Shown piece by piece: positions 13,416 to 23,301 of a stretch of DNA of 64,000 nt. The notes beneath the pieces were generated by a model. The model had not been told where the DNA came from and did no database searches. It worked only from the letters and a program-made list of their open reading frames with translations. Each line of letters begins with the position of its first letter. Position 1 is the stretch's first letter. The DNA lies in the NCBI RefSeq assembly GCF_046105845.1, contig NZ_CP151004.1; one strand, given 5' to 3'. Source of the stretch: Escherichia coli (GTDB taxonomy: Bacteria; Pseudomonadota; Gammaproteobacteria; Enterobacterales; Enterobacteriaceae). Made by a program: the position numbers and the translations under genes.

Positions 13416-13539
13416 CATTTTTTAACTGTTCTACCAAAATTTGCGCTATCTCAATTTGGGCCAGGAAAGCATAACTTAGACTTTCAAGGTTAATTATTTT
13501 CCTGGTTTATATTTGTGAAGCATAACGGTGGAGTTAGTG

Positions 13540-14235
13540 ATGCTGAAGCGTTTCTTTATTACCGGTACAGACACTTCTGTAGGGAAAACGGTGGTTTCCC
13601 GCGCATTGCTACAAGCGTTAGCCTCCCAGGGAAAAACGGTTGCGGGATATAAACCCGTAGCGAAGGGGAGCAAAGAGACACCCGAAGGGCTGCGTAATAA
13701 AGATGCCCTGGTGTTGCAGAGTGTTTCAACCATCGAACTGCCTTATGAAGCAGTTAATCCTATCGCATTAAGCGAAGAAGAAAGTAGCGTGGCGCACAGT
13801 TGCCCAATCAATTACACCCTCATTTCAAACGGCCTGGCAAACCTGACCGATAAAGTCGATCATGTCGTGGTAGAGGGGACTGGCGGCTGGCGCAGTCTGA
13901 TGAATGATTTGCGTCCGCTCTCTGAATGGGTGGTGCAGGAACAACTGCCGGTGTTGATGGTTGTCGGTATTCAGGAAGGTTGCATTAACCATGCACTGCT
14001 AACAGCTCAGGCGATTGCCAACGACGGGCTGCCACTCATTGGCTGGGTGGCTAACCGAATCAACCCAGGACTGGCGCATTATGCGGAAATCATTGATGTG
14101 CTGGGTAAAAAACTTCCGGCACCGCTCATTGGTGAACTGCCTTATCTGCCGCGCGCCGAACAGCGTGAACTGGGGCAATACATCCGCTTAGCTATGCTGC
14201 GCAGTGTGCTGGCGGTAGATAGAGTCACGGTGTAA
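13540..14235 (+). CDS. ynfK: Dethiobiotin synthetase paralogue (BioD2)
   Basis: Start trimmed to ATG 13540 ([18 protein letters not shown]-loop), 231 aa. 3' end overlaps the convergent clcB by 48 nt. Confidence 0.88.
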   Translation: MLKRFFITGTDTSVGKTVVSRALLQALASQGKTVAGYKPVAKGSKETPEGLRNKDALVLQSVSTIELPYEAVNPIALSEEESSVAHSCPINYTLISNGLANLTDKVDHVVVEGTGGWRSLMNDLRPLSEWVVQEQLPVLMVVGIQEGCINHALLTAQAIANDGLPLIGWVANRINPGLAHYAEIIDVLGKKLPAPLIGELPYLPRAEQRELGQYIRLAMLRSVLAVDRVTV

Positions 14236-15444
14236 CGTCCGCGAAATTACCGACGCAATTACGCAGGCAATCAATAAACCGGGGAGTAGCTGATACTCCC
14301 CGGTCATTTCACATATCATCAACGTCGACATAATCGGCGCGTGCGTGGTCGCCGCCAACAGTGTCGCCATTCCGGTCAATCCGAGTAAAAGCGTAATTTC
14401 TTCGCCATCAGGGAACCATAATCCCAGGCTACGACCATACAACATGCCAATGGCAAGACCGATAAATAGCGTCGGTGTAAAGACACCACCGGGCGCGCCA
14501 GAACCACTACTCGCCAGCACGGCAAACAGTTTACAAAGGAAGATCCCGGCAATGATCATTAACAGTGGCGGGGCGGTTAAAAAGGATTGTACGGTGCTAT
14601 AGCCGTTGCCCCACACTGCAGGTGTGAACAGGGAAAGCAGACCCACGATCAACCCGCCCAGTGCCAGTTGCCAGGGCGGCGCAAGTTTGAGACTTACAAA
14701 TCCACGATGACAGGCGTTCATTAACGTTAACAACAGTGGTCCGCACAGACCTGCCAGCACACCTGTACTGATAATCAGCGCATAGTCACGAGCCTGAACC
14801 GTCACTGAGAGTTGTACGTTGTAGAGTAACGCGTCGCTATGATTAATCAGATTGCTAACCAGCAACGCCACGACGGCGGAAATAATCACCGGGCCGAGAG
14901 AGGCCAACATCATAGTGCCAAACAGCACTTCGGCTATAAATAAACTGCCAGCAAGCGGGGCGCGATAGGCCGCAGCCATTCCCGCCGCGGCCCCACAGGC
15001 GATCCATAATTTCCACTCCTGGCGTGGCGTAAAACGTTGGGCAAAACAGGAGGCGGCAAGGGCAGCTAAAAGAATCATCGCACCTTCGCGACCAATTGCA
15101 CTGCCGCTGGTTACTACCAGCAGAGAGGCAAGCGATTTAACCAGGCTTGCTGCGTAATCAAACTGCCCATCGGTTTGCAACGCTTCCATGTAATCGGTCG
15201 GCGCATGAGGGCGTTGCTGGGTAAATTTCTGCCAGCCCATCAGCAACAAACCCGCCGCCAGTCCGCCGAGCGCCGGAGTTAGCAGCCGTCGCCACGGGGA
15301 AAGATTTGTAGCTGCATTGACCAGACTGCCCGAGTCATTATTGAGGAACAGCCACTCCAATAGCAGCATCGCATGACGAAACCCGGCAACGGCAAAGGCC
15401 GCAAGAATACCGACGACTGTTGCGATAAGCAGACGGCGGAACAT
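14188..15444 (-). CDS. clcB: ClC-family voltage-gated chloride channel
   Basis: Start trimmed to ATG at 15442-15444 ([17 protein letters not shown]...), 418 aa; ClC signature GREG in the translation. ORF track begins at 15504. Confidence 0.88.
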   Translation of the reverse strand: MFRRLLIATVVGILAAFAVAGFRHAMLLLEWLFLNNDSGSLVNAATNLSPWRRLLTPALGGLAAGLLLMGWQKFTQQRPHAPTDYMEALQTDGQFDYAASLVKSLASLLVVTSGSAIGREGAMILLAALAASCFAQRFTPRQEWKLWIACGAAAGMAAAYRAPLAGSLFIAEVLFGTMMLASLGPVIISAVVALLVSNLINHSDALLYNVQLSVTVQARDYALIISTGVLAGLCGPLLLTLMNACHRGFVSLKLAPPWQLALGGLIVGLLSLFTPAVWGNGYSTVQSFLTAPPLLMIIAGIFLCKLFAVLASSGSGAPGGVFTPTLFIGLAIGMLYGRSLGLWFPDGEEITLLLGLTGMATLLAATTHAPIMSTLMICEMTGEYQLLPGLLIACVIASVISRTLHRDSIYRQHTAQHS

Positions 15445-15638
15445 AGTGCGCAGATCCGGATAGATGTGTAGATGATGCATGAGCAGAAATGGGCAATGAA
15501 ACACGGGCGACTATTTTGCGGCAAAAGAGGCCAGCCGCAAAAGCAGTGCGTGCTTTAAGAGACAAAAAAACGTGACACTGTAACCTATTATTGCCGAATT
15601 GCGCGTAATCGTCACCATCCGGCAATATTACGGTGATC

Positions 15639-16253
15639 CTATCGAAAGAGTGGTTTAACCGCGACAGGAATTAACAGTTGTGATTGCCATTGCGCCAGCG
15701 TTAAGCGAGCCAGTTCACCCAGTGCACGGTAGAAAGGGTGTTCTGCTTTTTCGATAAAAACGTCAAGAAAACGTGTTGACCACGGAAAAAGGTGCCATGC
15801 CAGCAATTCTTCGCATTCTGTCTGGCGACCATTCTCCGCCAACCACGCAGCCATCAACAGCAGTGAACCAAAATGATCTTCCGGTTCGTTTTGCTTCATT
15901 TCAAACTGAATGCCTTTCTCGCGCATCCACTGACGAAGTGCCAATGTTGAATCGCCAAACAGCACAGATTCGCGATCCAGCCAGACCGACCCCCACGGCG
16001 GTGACGGCAGTGCCCACGGGCCGACAAACAAACGCTGCCAGGCCTGGGCGTGAGTCTCTTCACTCTGTGTCTGAAAAGCAGTCACCAGCGGCGCTAATGA
16101 CGCTTCTGGTAGAGGCCACTGAGTTTCCCAGCCGTCACGGGTGAGTACCGCAACCAGGGGGGCGGCTTCCGCACTCTCTGGAGCGTAATAAAACAGCGCG
16201 CCCAACACGCGCGCCGCGACAGAAAAATTATCTTGCTGTGAAAAATGGGTCAT
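15639..16253 (-). CDS. dmsD: Tat proofreading chaperone DmsD
   Basis: Start trimmed to ATG at 16251-16253 (MTHFSQQDNFSVAARVLGALFYYAPES...), 204 aa; last gene of the ynfEFGH-dmsD cluster. Confidence 0.9.
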   Translation of the reverse strand: MTHFSQQDNFSVAARVLGALFYYAPESAEAAPLVAVLTRDGWETQWPLPEASLAPLVTAFQTQSEETHAQAWQRLFVGPWALPSPPWGSVWLDRESVLFGDSTLALRQWMREKGIQFEMKQNEPEDHFGSLLLMAAWLAENGRQTECEELLAWHLFPWSTRFLDVFIEKAEHPFYRALGELARLTLAQWQSQLLIPVAVKPLFR

Positions 16254-16295
16254 TCCTAACATCCTGAAATGTGCGGGTTGCCCCGCACCAATTTG

Positions 16296-17150
16296 TTAAC
16301 CTGCAATAGCCATTCCTACCGTCATGTGCAGGCCATAAAAGAGCACACGCCCGATCATCTCACCGCCAAGTATGAGGATTAGCCCCAGAACAAGTCCGGC
16401 AACGTGAGGTTCACGGCGACGAATGAGCGGACAAAGCCAGCATCCTAGACCTGCGCATAACAATACCACACGCCAGACCTGTAAGGAGGCGTAATCTGGT
16501 ACCAGTGCGCTGGCTTGTTGTACGGATGAGTGAATAGACGACAGAGACAAACCTTGCAGCACAATCACCCCGGCACAAGCGATCAGCGCCAGAACGCTAA
16601 TAATGGCAAATGGTGTGGTATTAAATGTAACGCGGGCTGCCCGCAGAATTGTGGCAGCAAGTATTGGACCGCTCAACAATACTGTCAGGAAGAAAGCCAG
16701 CGTAGTGTAACCGTTATACCAGGTTGGCACTGTGTCGATTTGATACACGCAGGTCATCATCCAGACGAAAATGACGCCGAGCGCCATGCTGACAAGTAAC
16801 CAGAGTTTCCCCAACGCTTGCGGCATTTTACCGATGACTGCCACCAGCCACCATAATCCGCCAACGGCAAAAAATATTGAACCGGCAGCAATCTCGTTAC
16901 TCAGACCAGAAGCTCCGATTCGATTCAGCGAGTTAAACGCCCGCAGTGGGGATCCCAGGTGCATGACAGAGGCAATAAACCCGATGCCCATCAACAGCCA
17001 GAGGAAAAACATGCCACGAACAATGTGCTGACGGTCTGCGTCATTTTTGGCGGCGAACCAGCCAATTCCGCTAACAATCAGCGCGCCTACCACGCATTGA
17101 CCCAATACGGTAAAGATAACCAGTGGCCATTCATGCCATCCATTTCCCAT
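16296..17150 (-). CDS. ynfH: DmsC-like membrane anchor subunit of a DMSO-reductase-family enzyme
   Basis: Start trimmed to ATG at 17148-17150 (MGNGWHEWPLVIFTVLGQCVVG...), 284 aa, 8 predicted TM helices; start overlaps the ynfG stop. ORF track begins at 17390. Confidence 0.88.
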   Translation of the reverse strand: MGNGWHEWPLVIFTVLGQCVVGALIVSGIGWFAAKNDADRQHIVRGMFFLWLLMGIGFIASVMHLGSPLRAFNSLNRIGASGLSNEIAAGSIFFAVGGLWWLVAVIGKMPQALGKLWLLVSMALGVIFVWMMTCVYQIDTVPTWYNGYTTLAFFLTVLLSGPILAATILRAARVTFNTTPFAIISVLALIACAGVIVLQGLSLSSIHSSVQQASALVPDYASLQVWRVVLLCAGLGCWLCPLIRRREPHVAGLVLGLILILGGEMIGRVLFYGLHMTVGMAIAG

Positions 17151-17151
17151 T

Positions 17152-17769
17152 TTACACTTCCTCCGGATTAGCCAGATAACCAGTGGTATCGCCGGTCGGG
17201 CGGCTGTTGGCGTTAGGTTTGATAACGATATTGGGTTTTGTGAAATGCGCGCGCGGCAGTGGCGCGACGGCAGCCAGAGTGCCGTGCTTCTGGCGCAGCT
17301 CTTCAATTGGACCGAACTCAAGTGCACGCAGCGGGCAGGATTCGACACATATGGGTTGTTTCCCCTCGGCGACGCGCGAATAACAACCATCGCACTTCGT
17401 CATGTGCCCTTTTTCAGCATTGTACTGTGGCGCGCCGTACGGACAAGCCATGTGGCAGTAGCGGCAGCCGATACAAACATCTTCATCAACCACCACAAAG
17501 CCATCTTCACGCTTATGCATTGCGCCGCTGGGGCAGACTTTTGTACATGCGGGGTCATCGCAATGGTTACAGGAGATGGAGAGATAATAAGCGAACACGT
17601 TCTGGTGCCAGACGCCATTATCTTCCTGCCAGTCGCCGCCAGCATATTCATAAATACGGCGGAAACTGACTTCCGGGCCAAGATCTTTAAAATCTTTGCA
17701 CGCCAGTTCGCAGGTTTTACAGCCAGTACAGCGGCTGGAATCGATAAAAAATCCATATTGTGTGGTCAT
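17152..17769 (-). CDS. ynfG: DmsB-like 4Fe-4S ferredoxin subunit
   Basis: 205-aa protein with four Cys clusters (CTGCKTCELAC, CNHCDDPACTKVCP, CIGCRYCHMACP, CDGCYSRV...CVESCP). Confidence 0.92.
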   Translation of the reverse strand: MTTQYGFFIDSSRCTGCKTCELACKDFKDLGPEVSFRRIYEYAGGDWQEDNGVWHQNVFAYYLSISCNHCDDPACTKVCPSGAMHKREDGFVVVDEDVCIGCRYCHMACPYGAPQYNAEKGHMTKCDGCYSRVAEGKQPICVESCPLRALEFGPIEELRQKHGTLAAVAPLPRAHFTKPNIVIKPNANSRPTGDTTGYLANPEEV

Positions 17770-17779
17770 GGGCTACTCC

Positions 17780-20203
17780 TTAAACCTTTTCGATCTGGAC
17801 AAGATTGCTGTGCGACGGGTTTCCCTTTGCCAGCGGTGAAGGGCGGTGAGAGGTCAGAATATTGATACTGCCGCCGTGATCGACCCGGTCACCAAACATA
17901 TCCGCTTTAAGCCACGCACCTTGCCCGATGGCGGTAACGCCAGGCAGAATACGCGGAGTCACTTTTGCGGCAATCAGCATTTCTCCATTATTGTTAAATA
18001 CCCGCACGGTATCGCCATGACGGATACCGCGTGCCTGAGCATCAATAGGGTTGATCCACACCTCTTGTGGGCAGGCCTGCTGTAACACATCAATATTGCC
18101 GTAGCTGGAGTGGGTACGCGCTTTGTAGTGGAAGCCCGTTAACTGCAGTGGATAGGTTTTCCGCAGGGGATCGTCCCAGCCATCAAAACCTGGGGTATAC
18201 GCAGGAAGGGGATGAATAATTTCATCTTTTTTCAATTCCCAGGTATCCGCAATCGTCGCCAGTCGTTCAGAATAAATTTCGATTTTCCCCGAAGGTGTTT
18301 TCAACGGGTTTGCCTGTGGATCTTCACGGAATGCGCGGAAAGCGACGTAGTGTTCTTCAGGGCATTTTTTCTTAAAGATCCCGGTCGTTTTCATCTCCTC
18401 GTAGTCGGGCATCTCAGGGTTACGTTCCTTCGTTTTCGCATGGAGATATTTGATCCATTCATGCTGACTGCGGCCTTCAGTAAAGGTTTGATAAACGTCT
18501 GGTCCTAAGCGTTTGGCGACTTCACTCAGCATCCAGTAGATGGGTTTACGTTCAAATTTTGCTGAGGTTGCGGGTTGGGCGAGGATCACATAGCCCATAT
18601 TCCCGGCAGATTCGTGAGAGATAAGGTCTTCTTGCTCTGTTGGCATCAGGTCGGGCAACAGGATATCGCAATACTTAGCCGAGGCAGTCATGAAGTGGTC
18701 AATGCCAACAATCATCTCGCACTTGCTGTCATCCTGAAGCACCTCATGGGTGTGATTGATGTCGCCATGTTGATTGATCAATGTGTTACTGGCGTAGCAC
18801 CATAAAAACTTGATGGGGACATCCAGTTTTTCTTTTCCACGAACACCATCACGGGTCGCGGTCATTTCCGTGCCATGGTCGATGGCATCTGTCCATGTAA
18901 AGACGGAAATCTGCGTTTTAACAGGATTCTCGAGCATCGGGAACCATTCTACCCCCAGATCCCAGCTACCTTCGCGTACACCTGAGTTGCCGCCGTTTAT
19001 GCCGACGTTACCGGTGAGAACGGAAAGCATGGCAATAGCGCGGGACGTTTGCTCGCCGTTGGAGTGTCGTTGTGGCCCCCAACCCTGACAAATATAGGCA
19101 GGTTTTGCTGAACCGATCTCTCGTGCCAACTGGATAATTTTTTCTGCCGGGATGCTGGTGATTTTTGCTGCCCATTCTGGCGTTTTAGCTATGCCGTCAG
19201 GCCCTTCGCCCAGAATATAGGCTTTATAATGCGCGTTACGTGGAGCGTTGGCGGGCAGCGTTTTTTCATCGTAACCAACACAATATTTGTCGAGAAATGG
19301 CTGATCGACCATGTTTTCAGTAATCAGTACCCAGGCAATCGCACAGGCCAGTGCGCCATCGGTGCCAGGGCGAATGGGCAGCCATTCATCTTCACGTCCG
19401 GCAGCTGTGTCGTTATAACGTGGATCGATGACGATCATGCGTGCATTTGAACGTTCGCGGGCTTGCTCGACGTAGTAAGTGACACCACCGCCGCTCATCC
19501 GCGTTTCTGCCGGGTTATTTCCGAACATAACGACCAGCTTCGTATTGGCGATATCATCCGGGCTGTTGCCATCATTGGCACCGAACATATAACTCATTGC
19601 GGCACTGATCTGTGCGGTACTGTAGCTGCCATAGCGACTGAGAAAACCACCGCAAGAGTTCATCAGACGGTACGGGACGTTTGAGTTGGTGATGTTTCCG
19701 CCATCCACGCCTGTTCCATAGAGAACATGTACAGCCTCATTGCCGTAATCTTTTAGGATCCGCCGAAGATTATCACTGATGGTATCCAGGGCTTCGTCCC
19801 AACTTATCCGTTCAAATTTACCTTCACCGCGCTTGCCGACGCGCTTCATGGGATATTTCAACCTATCAGGATGATTCATCCGTCGACGGATAGAGCGCCC
19901 GCGTAAACACGCTCGAACCTGATGATTACCGTAGACGTCGTCTCCTGTCGTATCAGACTCAACCCAGTACACGGTGTCATCTTTCACATGCAAACGTAAC
20001 AGACAGCGGCTCCCGCAGTTAACGGTGCAGGAACTCCAGACCGCTTTCTCTTCTACCGGTGTCTCTGCCGCTCGGACCATTTGGGAAAATGGCAGAGTGA
20101 AAGCACTGCTTGCCAGCGCGAGACTGCCAAGTGCGGAGGTTTTCATCAGACTTCTACGGCTGATTTCAGCCTTCATGAGCGCCTCTGTGGTATGGATTTT
20201 CAT
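17780..20203 (-). CDS. ynfF: Tat-exported molybdopterin oxidoreductase catalytic subunit (DmsA paralogue)
   Basis: 807 aa from the second Met; twin-arginine motif SRRSLMKT, N-terminal Cys cluster CTVNCGSRC, molybdopterin-binding domains; highly similar to the adjacent ynfE product. Confidence 0.92.
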   Translation of the reverse strand: MKIHTTEALMKAEISRRSLMKTSALGSLALASSAFTLPFSQMVRAAETPVEEKAVWSSCTVNCGSRCLLRLHVKDDTVYWVESDTTGDDVYGNHQVRACLRGRSIRRRMNHPDRLKYPMKRVGKRGEGKFERISWDEALDTISDNLRRILKDYGNEAVHVLYGTGVDGGNITNSNVPYRLMNSCGGFLSRYGSYSTAQISAAMSYMFGANDGNSPDDIANTKLVVMFGNNPAETRMSGGGVTYYVEQARERSNARMIVIDPRYNDTAAGREDEWLPIRPGTDGALACAIAWVLITENMVDQPFLDKYCVGYDEKTLPANAPRNAHYKAYILGEGPDGIAKTPEWAAKITSIPAEKIIQLAREIGSAKPAYICQGWGPQRHSNGEQTSRAIAMLSVLTGNVGINGGNSGVREGSWDLGVEWFPMLENPVKTQISVFTWTDAIDHGTEMTATRDGVRGKEKLDVPIKFLWCYASNTLINQHGDINHTHEVLQDDSKCEMIVGIDHFMTASAKYCDILLPDLMPTEQEDLISHESAGNMGYVILAQPATSAKFERKPIYWMLSEVAKRLGPDVYQTFTEGRSQHEWIKYLHAKTKERNPEMPDYEEMKTTGIFKKKCPEEHYVAFRAFREDPQANPLKTPSGKIEIYSERLATIADTWELKKDEIIHPLPAYTPGFDGWDDPLRKTYPLQLTGFHYKARTHSSYGNIDVLQQACPQEVWINPIDAQARGIRHGDTVRVFNNNGEMLIAAKVTPRILPGVTAIGQGAWLKADMFGDRVDHGGSINILTSHRPSPLAKGNPSHSNLVQIEKV

Positions 20204-20263
20204 CATTACTCACTTATTGCTTTTCAAACAAAATGTCATGCCAGAATTTATGGTTGTAGTGGG

Positions 20264-22690
20264 TTATATTTTTTCGATCTCGACCAGATTAGTGTGCTGC
20301 GGGTTTCCCTTCGCCAGTGGTGAAGGGCGCAGAGTGGTTAGCGTATTCACACAGCCGCCATGGTCGATTTTATCGCCAGACATATTGGCCTCGTGCCAGG
20401 CTCCCTGGCCCATAGCGCTAACCCCAGGGAGAATGCGTGGTGTCACTTTGGCTGGTAGCCGAACTTCGCCACGATGGTTATACACCCGCACCATATCGCC
20501 GTTGGCAATCCCACGTTTCTGTGCGTCTATAGGGTTGATCCACACCTCCTGACGGCAGGCATCCTTCAGGACATCAATGTTGCCGTAGGTCGAGTGAGTA
20601 CGGGATTTGTAATGGAAACCAAACAGTTGCAGTGGAAAGGTACTACGTTCAGGGGAGTCCCAGCCTTCAAAGGTTGAGGCATAAACCGGCAGTGGGCTTA
20701 TCACTTCATCTTTTTCCAGTTCCCAGGTACGGGCAATTTCCGCCAGCTTGCTGGAATAAATTTCAATCTTACCGGAAGGCGTTTTAAGTGGATTTGCCTC
20801 GGGGTCGTCACGAAATGCTTTGTAGGCGACAAAATGACCATTAGGATCTTTACGCTTATAGATACCCATTTTTTTCAGTTCGTCGTAAGACGGTAACGCC
20901 GGATCTTTGGCAAGCATTTTGGCGTACAGATGTTGTAACCATTGTTCCTGCGTGCGACCTTCTGTGAACTTTTGATAGACGTCAGGTCCAAGACGTTTCG
21001 CGACCTCACTCAGGATCCAGTAAATCGGTTTGCGTTCGAATTTTTCGCTGGTGACTGGCTGAAGGAAAATGAGATATCCCATGTTACCGGCGTAGTCGTT
21101 AGGAATAATATCTTCCTGCTCAACGGTCATCAGGTCTGGCAGCAGAATGTCGGCATATTTTGCCGATGAGGTCATAAAGTTTTCGATGACCACAATCATT
21201 TCGCATTTCGATTCGTCCTGCAGAATTTCATGCGTTTTGTTGATGTCAGAATGCTGATTAACCAGGGTATTTCCCGCGTAGTTCCAGATGAACTTAATGG
21301 GCACATCCAGTTTATCTTTGCCGCGGACGCCGTCGCGGATTGCCGTCATTTGCGGGCCATGATCGATAGCATCCGTCCAGCTGAAGCAGGAGATTGACGT
21401 TTTAACCGGATTATCCAGCACCGGCAGGCGTTCTATGGTAATGGTATAGGTCGATTCACGCGCGCCACTATTTCCGCCGCTGATGCCGACATTGCCCGTC
21501 AAAATAGGCAACATCGCAATAGCGCGTGCAGTCAGTTCGCCGTTTGCCTGGCGTTGCGGCCCCCAGCCCTGGCAGATATAAGCGGGTTTTGCTGTGCCAA
21601 TTTCACGCGCCAGTTTGATGATACGGTCCACCGGGATACCGGTAATTTGCGAAGCCCACTGCGGCGTTTTCGCTGTTTTATCGTCACCTTCACCAAGAAT
21701 ATAGGCTTTATAGTGACCATTTTTTGGTGCATCTGCGGGTAAGGTTTTTTCGTCATAGCCGACGCAGTATTTATCGAGAAAAGGTTGATCAACGAGATTT
21801 TCGTTAATCAATACCCAGGCAATACCCGCAACCAGCGCGGCATCGGTGCCCGGGCGAATAGGAAGCCATTCATCTTCACGACCAGCAGCCGTATCGGTAT
21901 ATCGCGGATCGATAACAATCATTTTGGCGTTCGATTTCTCGCGCGCTTTTTCAAGAAGATAAGTGATGCCACCGCCGCTCATGCGGGTTTCTGCCGGGTT
22001 GTTACCAAACATCACGACCAGCTTGCTGTTTTCAATATCCGTGGTGCTGTTGCCATCATTACTGCCGTAGGTGTAGGGCATGGCACAGGAAATTTGCGCG
22101 GTGCTGTAGGAGCCATACTGATTGAGTGAACCGCCGTAGCAGTTCATCAGGCGTTTGACCGCCGAGGCTGATGGCGAAGAGCGGGTCATATTGCCGCCAA
22201 CAATCCCCGAAGAGTACTGAATATATACAGCCTCATTGCCATATTGTTCGACGGTTTTTTTCAGGCTACTGGCGATAGTATCCAGGGCTTCATCCCAGCT
22301 AATCCGTTCGAATTTGCCTTCGCCGCGTTTGCCCACGCGTTTCATTGGGTAATTCAAGCGATCGGGATGATTAATACGCCGACGGATGGAGCGACCGCGC
22401 AAACAGGCACGTACTTGATGATTGCCATACTCGTCGTTGCCGGTGTTGTCAGTTTCCACCCAGGTCACTTCATTATCTTTAACATGCAGACGAAGTGCAC
22501 AGCGGCTACCACAGTTGACGGAACAGGCACCCCAGACCACTTTTTCGCTGGCCTGTTGTACCGCTGCCGCTGCACTGCGCAGGGTGAACGGTAAAGAAAA
22601 ACCGCCTGCAGCCAGCGCCAGAGAACCTATCGCGGTAGATTTAACGAGTGTTCTGCGGCTGATGCCCACCATTTGTTCATTTTTGGACAT
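20264..22690 (-). CDS. ynfE: Tat-exported molybdopterin oxidoreductase catalytic subunit (selenate reductase-associated DmsA paralogue)
   Basis: 808 aa; twin-arginine motif SRRTLVKS, Cys cluster CSVNCGSRC; tandem paralogue of ynfF. Confidence 0.92.
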   Translation of the reverse strand: MSKNEQMVGISRRTLVKSTAIGSLALAAGGFSLPFTLRSAAAAVQQASEKVVWGACSVNCGSRCALRLHVKDNEVTWVETDNTGNDEYGNHQVRACLRGRSIRRRINHPDRLNYPMKRVGKRGEGKFERISWDEALDTIASSLKKTVEQYGNEAVYIQYSSGIVGGNMTRSSPSASAVKRLMNCYGGSLNQYGSYSTAQISCAMPYTYGSNDGNSTTDIENSKLVVMFGNNPAETRMSGGGITYLLEKAREKSNAKMIVIDPRYTDTAAGREDEWLPIRPGTDAALVAGIAWVLINENLVDQPFLDKYCVGYDEKTLPADAPKNGHYKAYILGEGDDKTAKTPQWASQITGIPVDRIIKLAREIGTAKPAYICQGWGPQRQANGELTARAIAMLPILTGNVGISGGNSGARESTYTITIERLPVLDNPVKTSISCFSWTDAIDHGPQMTAIRDGVRGKDKLDVPIKFIWNYAGNTLVNQHSDINKTHEILQDESKCEMIVVIENFMTSSAKYADILLPDLMTVEQEDIIPNDYAGNMGYLIFLQPVTSEKFERKPIYWILSEVAKRLGPDVYQKFTEGRTQEQWLQHLYAKMLAKDPALPSYDELKKMGIYKRKDPNGHFVAYKAFRDDPEANPLKTPSGKIEIYSSKLAEIARTWELEKDEVISPLPVYASTFEGWDSPERSTFPLQLFGFHYKSRTHSTYGNIDVLKDACRQEVWINPIDAQKRGIANGDMVRVYNHRGEVRLPAKVTPRILPGVSAMGQGAWHEANMSGDKIDHGGCVNTLTTLRPSPLAKGNPQHTNLVEIEKI

Positions 22691-22789
22691 AACTCACTCC
22701 CTGTTCTTTATCGTTATATAAAAGTTTATATATTGAATATTTAGCGCGCTAACAATAGAGGGAGTCTACCTATTTTGGGTTAAGAATTA

Positions 22790-22803
22790 TTAATCCATAT
22801 CAA
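22790..22803. promoter_or_regulatory. FNR-like site upstream of ynfE
   Basis: TTAATccatATCAA (one mismatch to TTGAT-N4-ATCAA) about 100 bp upstream of the ynfE start; ynfEFGH is anaerobically induced per literature recall. Confidence 0.3.
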
Positions 22804-22888
22804 TAGAAGGGTATGAGTAATAAGGTGGGATTATGTTGTATGTTCAAATCGCCGGATGTGTCGTATCCAGCGTGCAGTCGATAATGTA

Positions 22889-23194
22889 TTACTGCGGTTC
22901 GGCAGGCGCGCCATCCTGGGTAGACTGCGCGGGAGCAGAGACGTTACCGCTGGTGGTGCGGGTGTAGAGAATTTTATGCGTATCATTAGCGCAATGCCCG
23001 ACGACCTGGGAATCAGGCTGATCAACCTGGTCATTGGGTACAATACTTAACGTGAAGCTGCTTTCGGGTACGCCATTATTGATAATGCGCTGTGATATAT
23101 CGCTCTGTATGCGCTCACAGGATCCCGGCGCGGCGAGTACCGCGGGTGAGGCGAGGGCGAGCAGAAGCGCGGCACAGCAGGTTGAGAGTTTCAT
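22889..23194 (-). CDS. ynfD: Small secreted DUF1161-family protein
   Basis: Start trimmed to ATG at 23192-23194 (MKLSTCCAALLLALASPAVLA signal peptide) with TAAGGAG RBS 6 nt upstream; 101 aa. ORF track begins at 23236. Confidence 0.8.
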   Translation of the reverse strand: MKLSTCCAALLLALASPAVLAAPGSCERIQSDISQRIINNGVPESSFTLSIVPNDQVDQPDSQVVGHCANDTHKILYTRTTSGNVSAPAQSTQDGAPAEPQ

Positions 23195-23301
23195 CATAAG
23201 CTCCTTACGCGAAGATAACTTCTTTAAGCATAGCATTTAACGTGTAAAGTACTGTATTTGCTACTATGATTGAGAATCATCTCTACTCTCTGGTGACTGT
23301 T

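Noticed and set aside
14188-15504. N-terminally extended ORF-track starts, here clcB at 15504, and likewise pntA at 2801, ynfH at 17390, asr at 9409, rspA at 25585, rspB at 26820, dcp at 32845 and yneE at 57030.
   Set aside because: In each case an internal ATG or GTG reproduces the known N-terminus and has a better Shine-Dalgarno sequence; the extension is just open frame upstream of the real start.
15445-15638. T-run (plus-strand AAAAAAA around 15568-15574) downstream of dmsD suggesting an operon terminator.
   Set aside because: I could not find a stable stem immediately upstream of the U-run on the minus strand.
17245-17865. Long plus-strand ORFs (206 aa and 136 aa) antisense to ynfG and ynfF.
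   Set aside because: Fully embedded in well-supported minus-strand genes, Arg/Cys-rich translations typical of GC-rich antisense frames, no RBS. Many similar antisense ORFs in the track (for example 1861-2409, 9086-9370, 4530-4958, 33330-33840) were rejected for the same reason.
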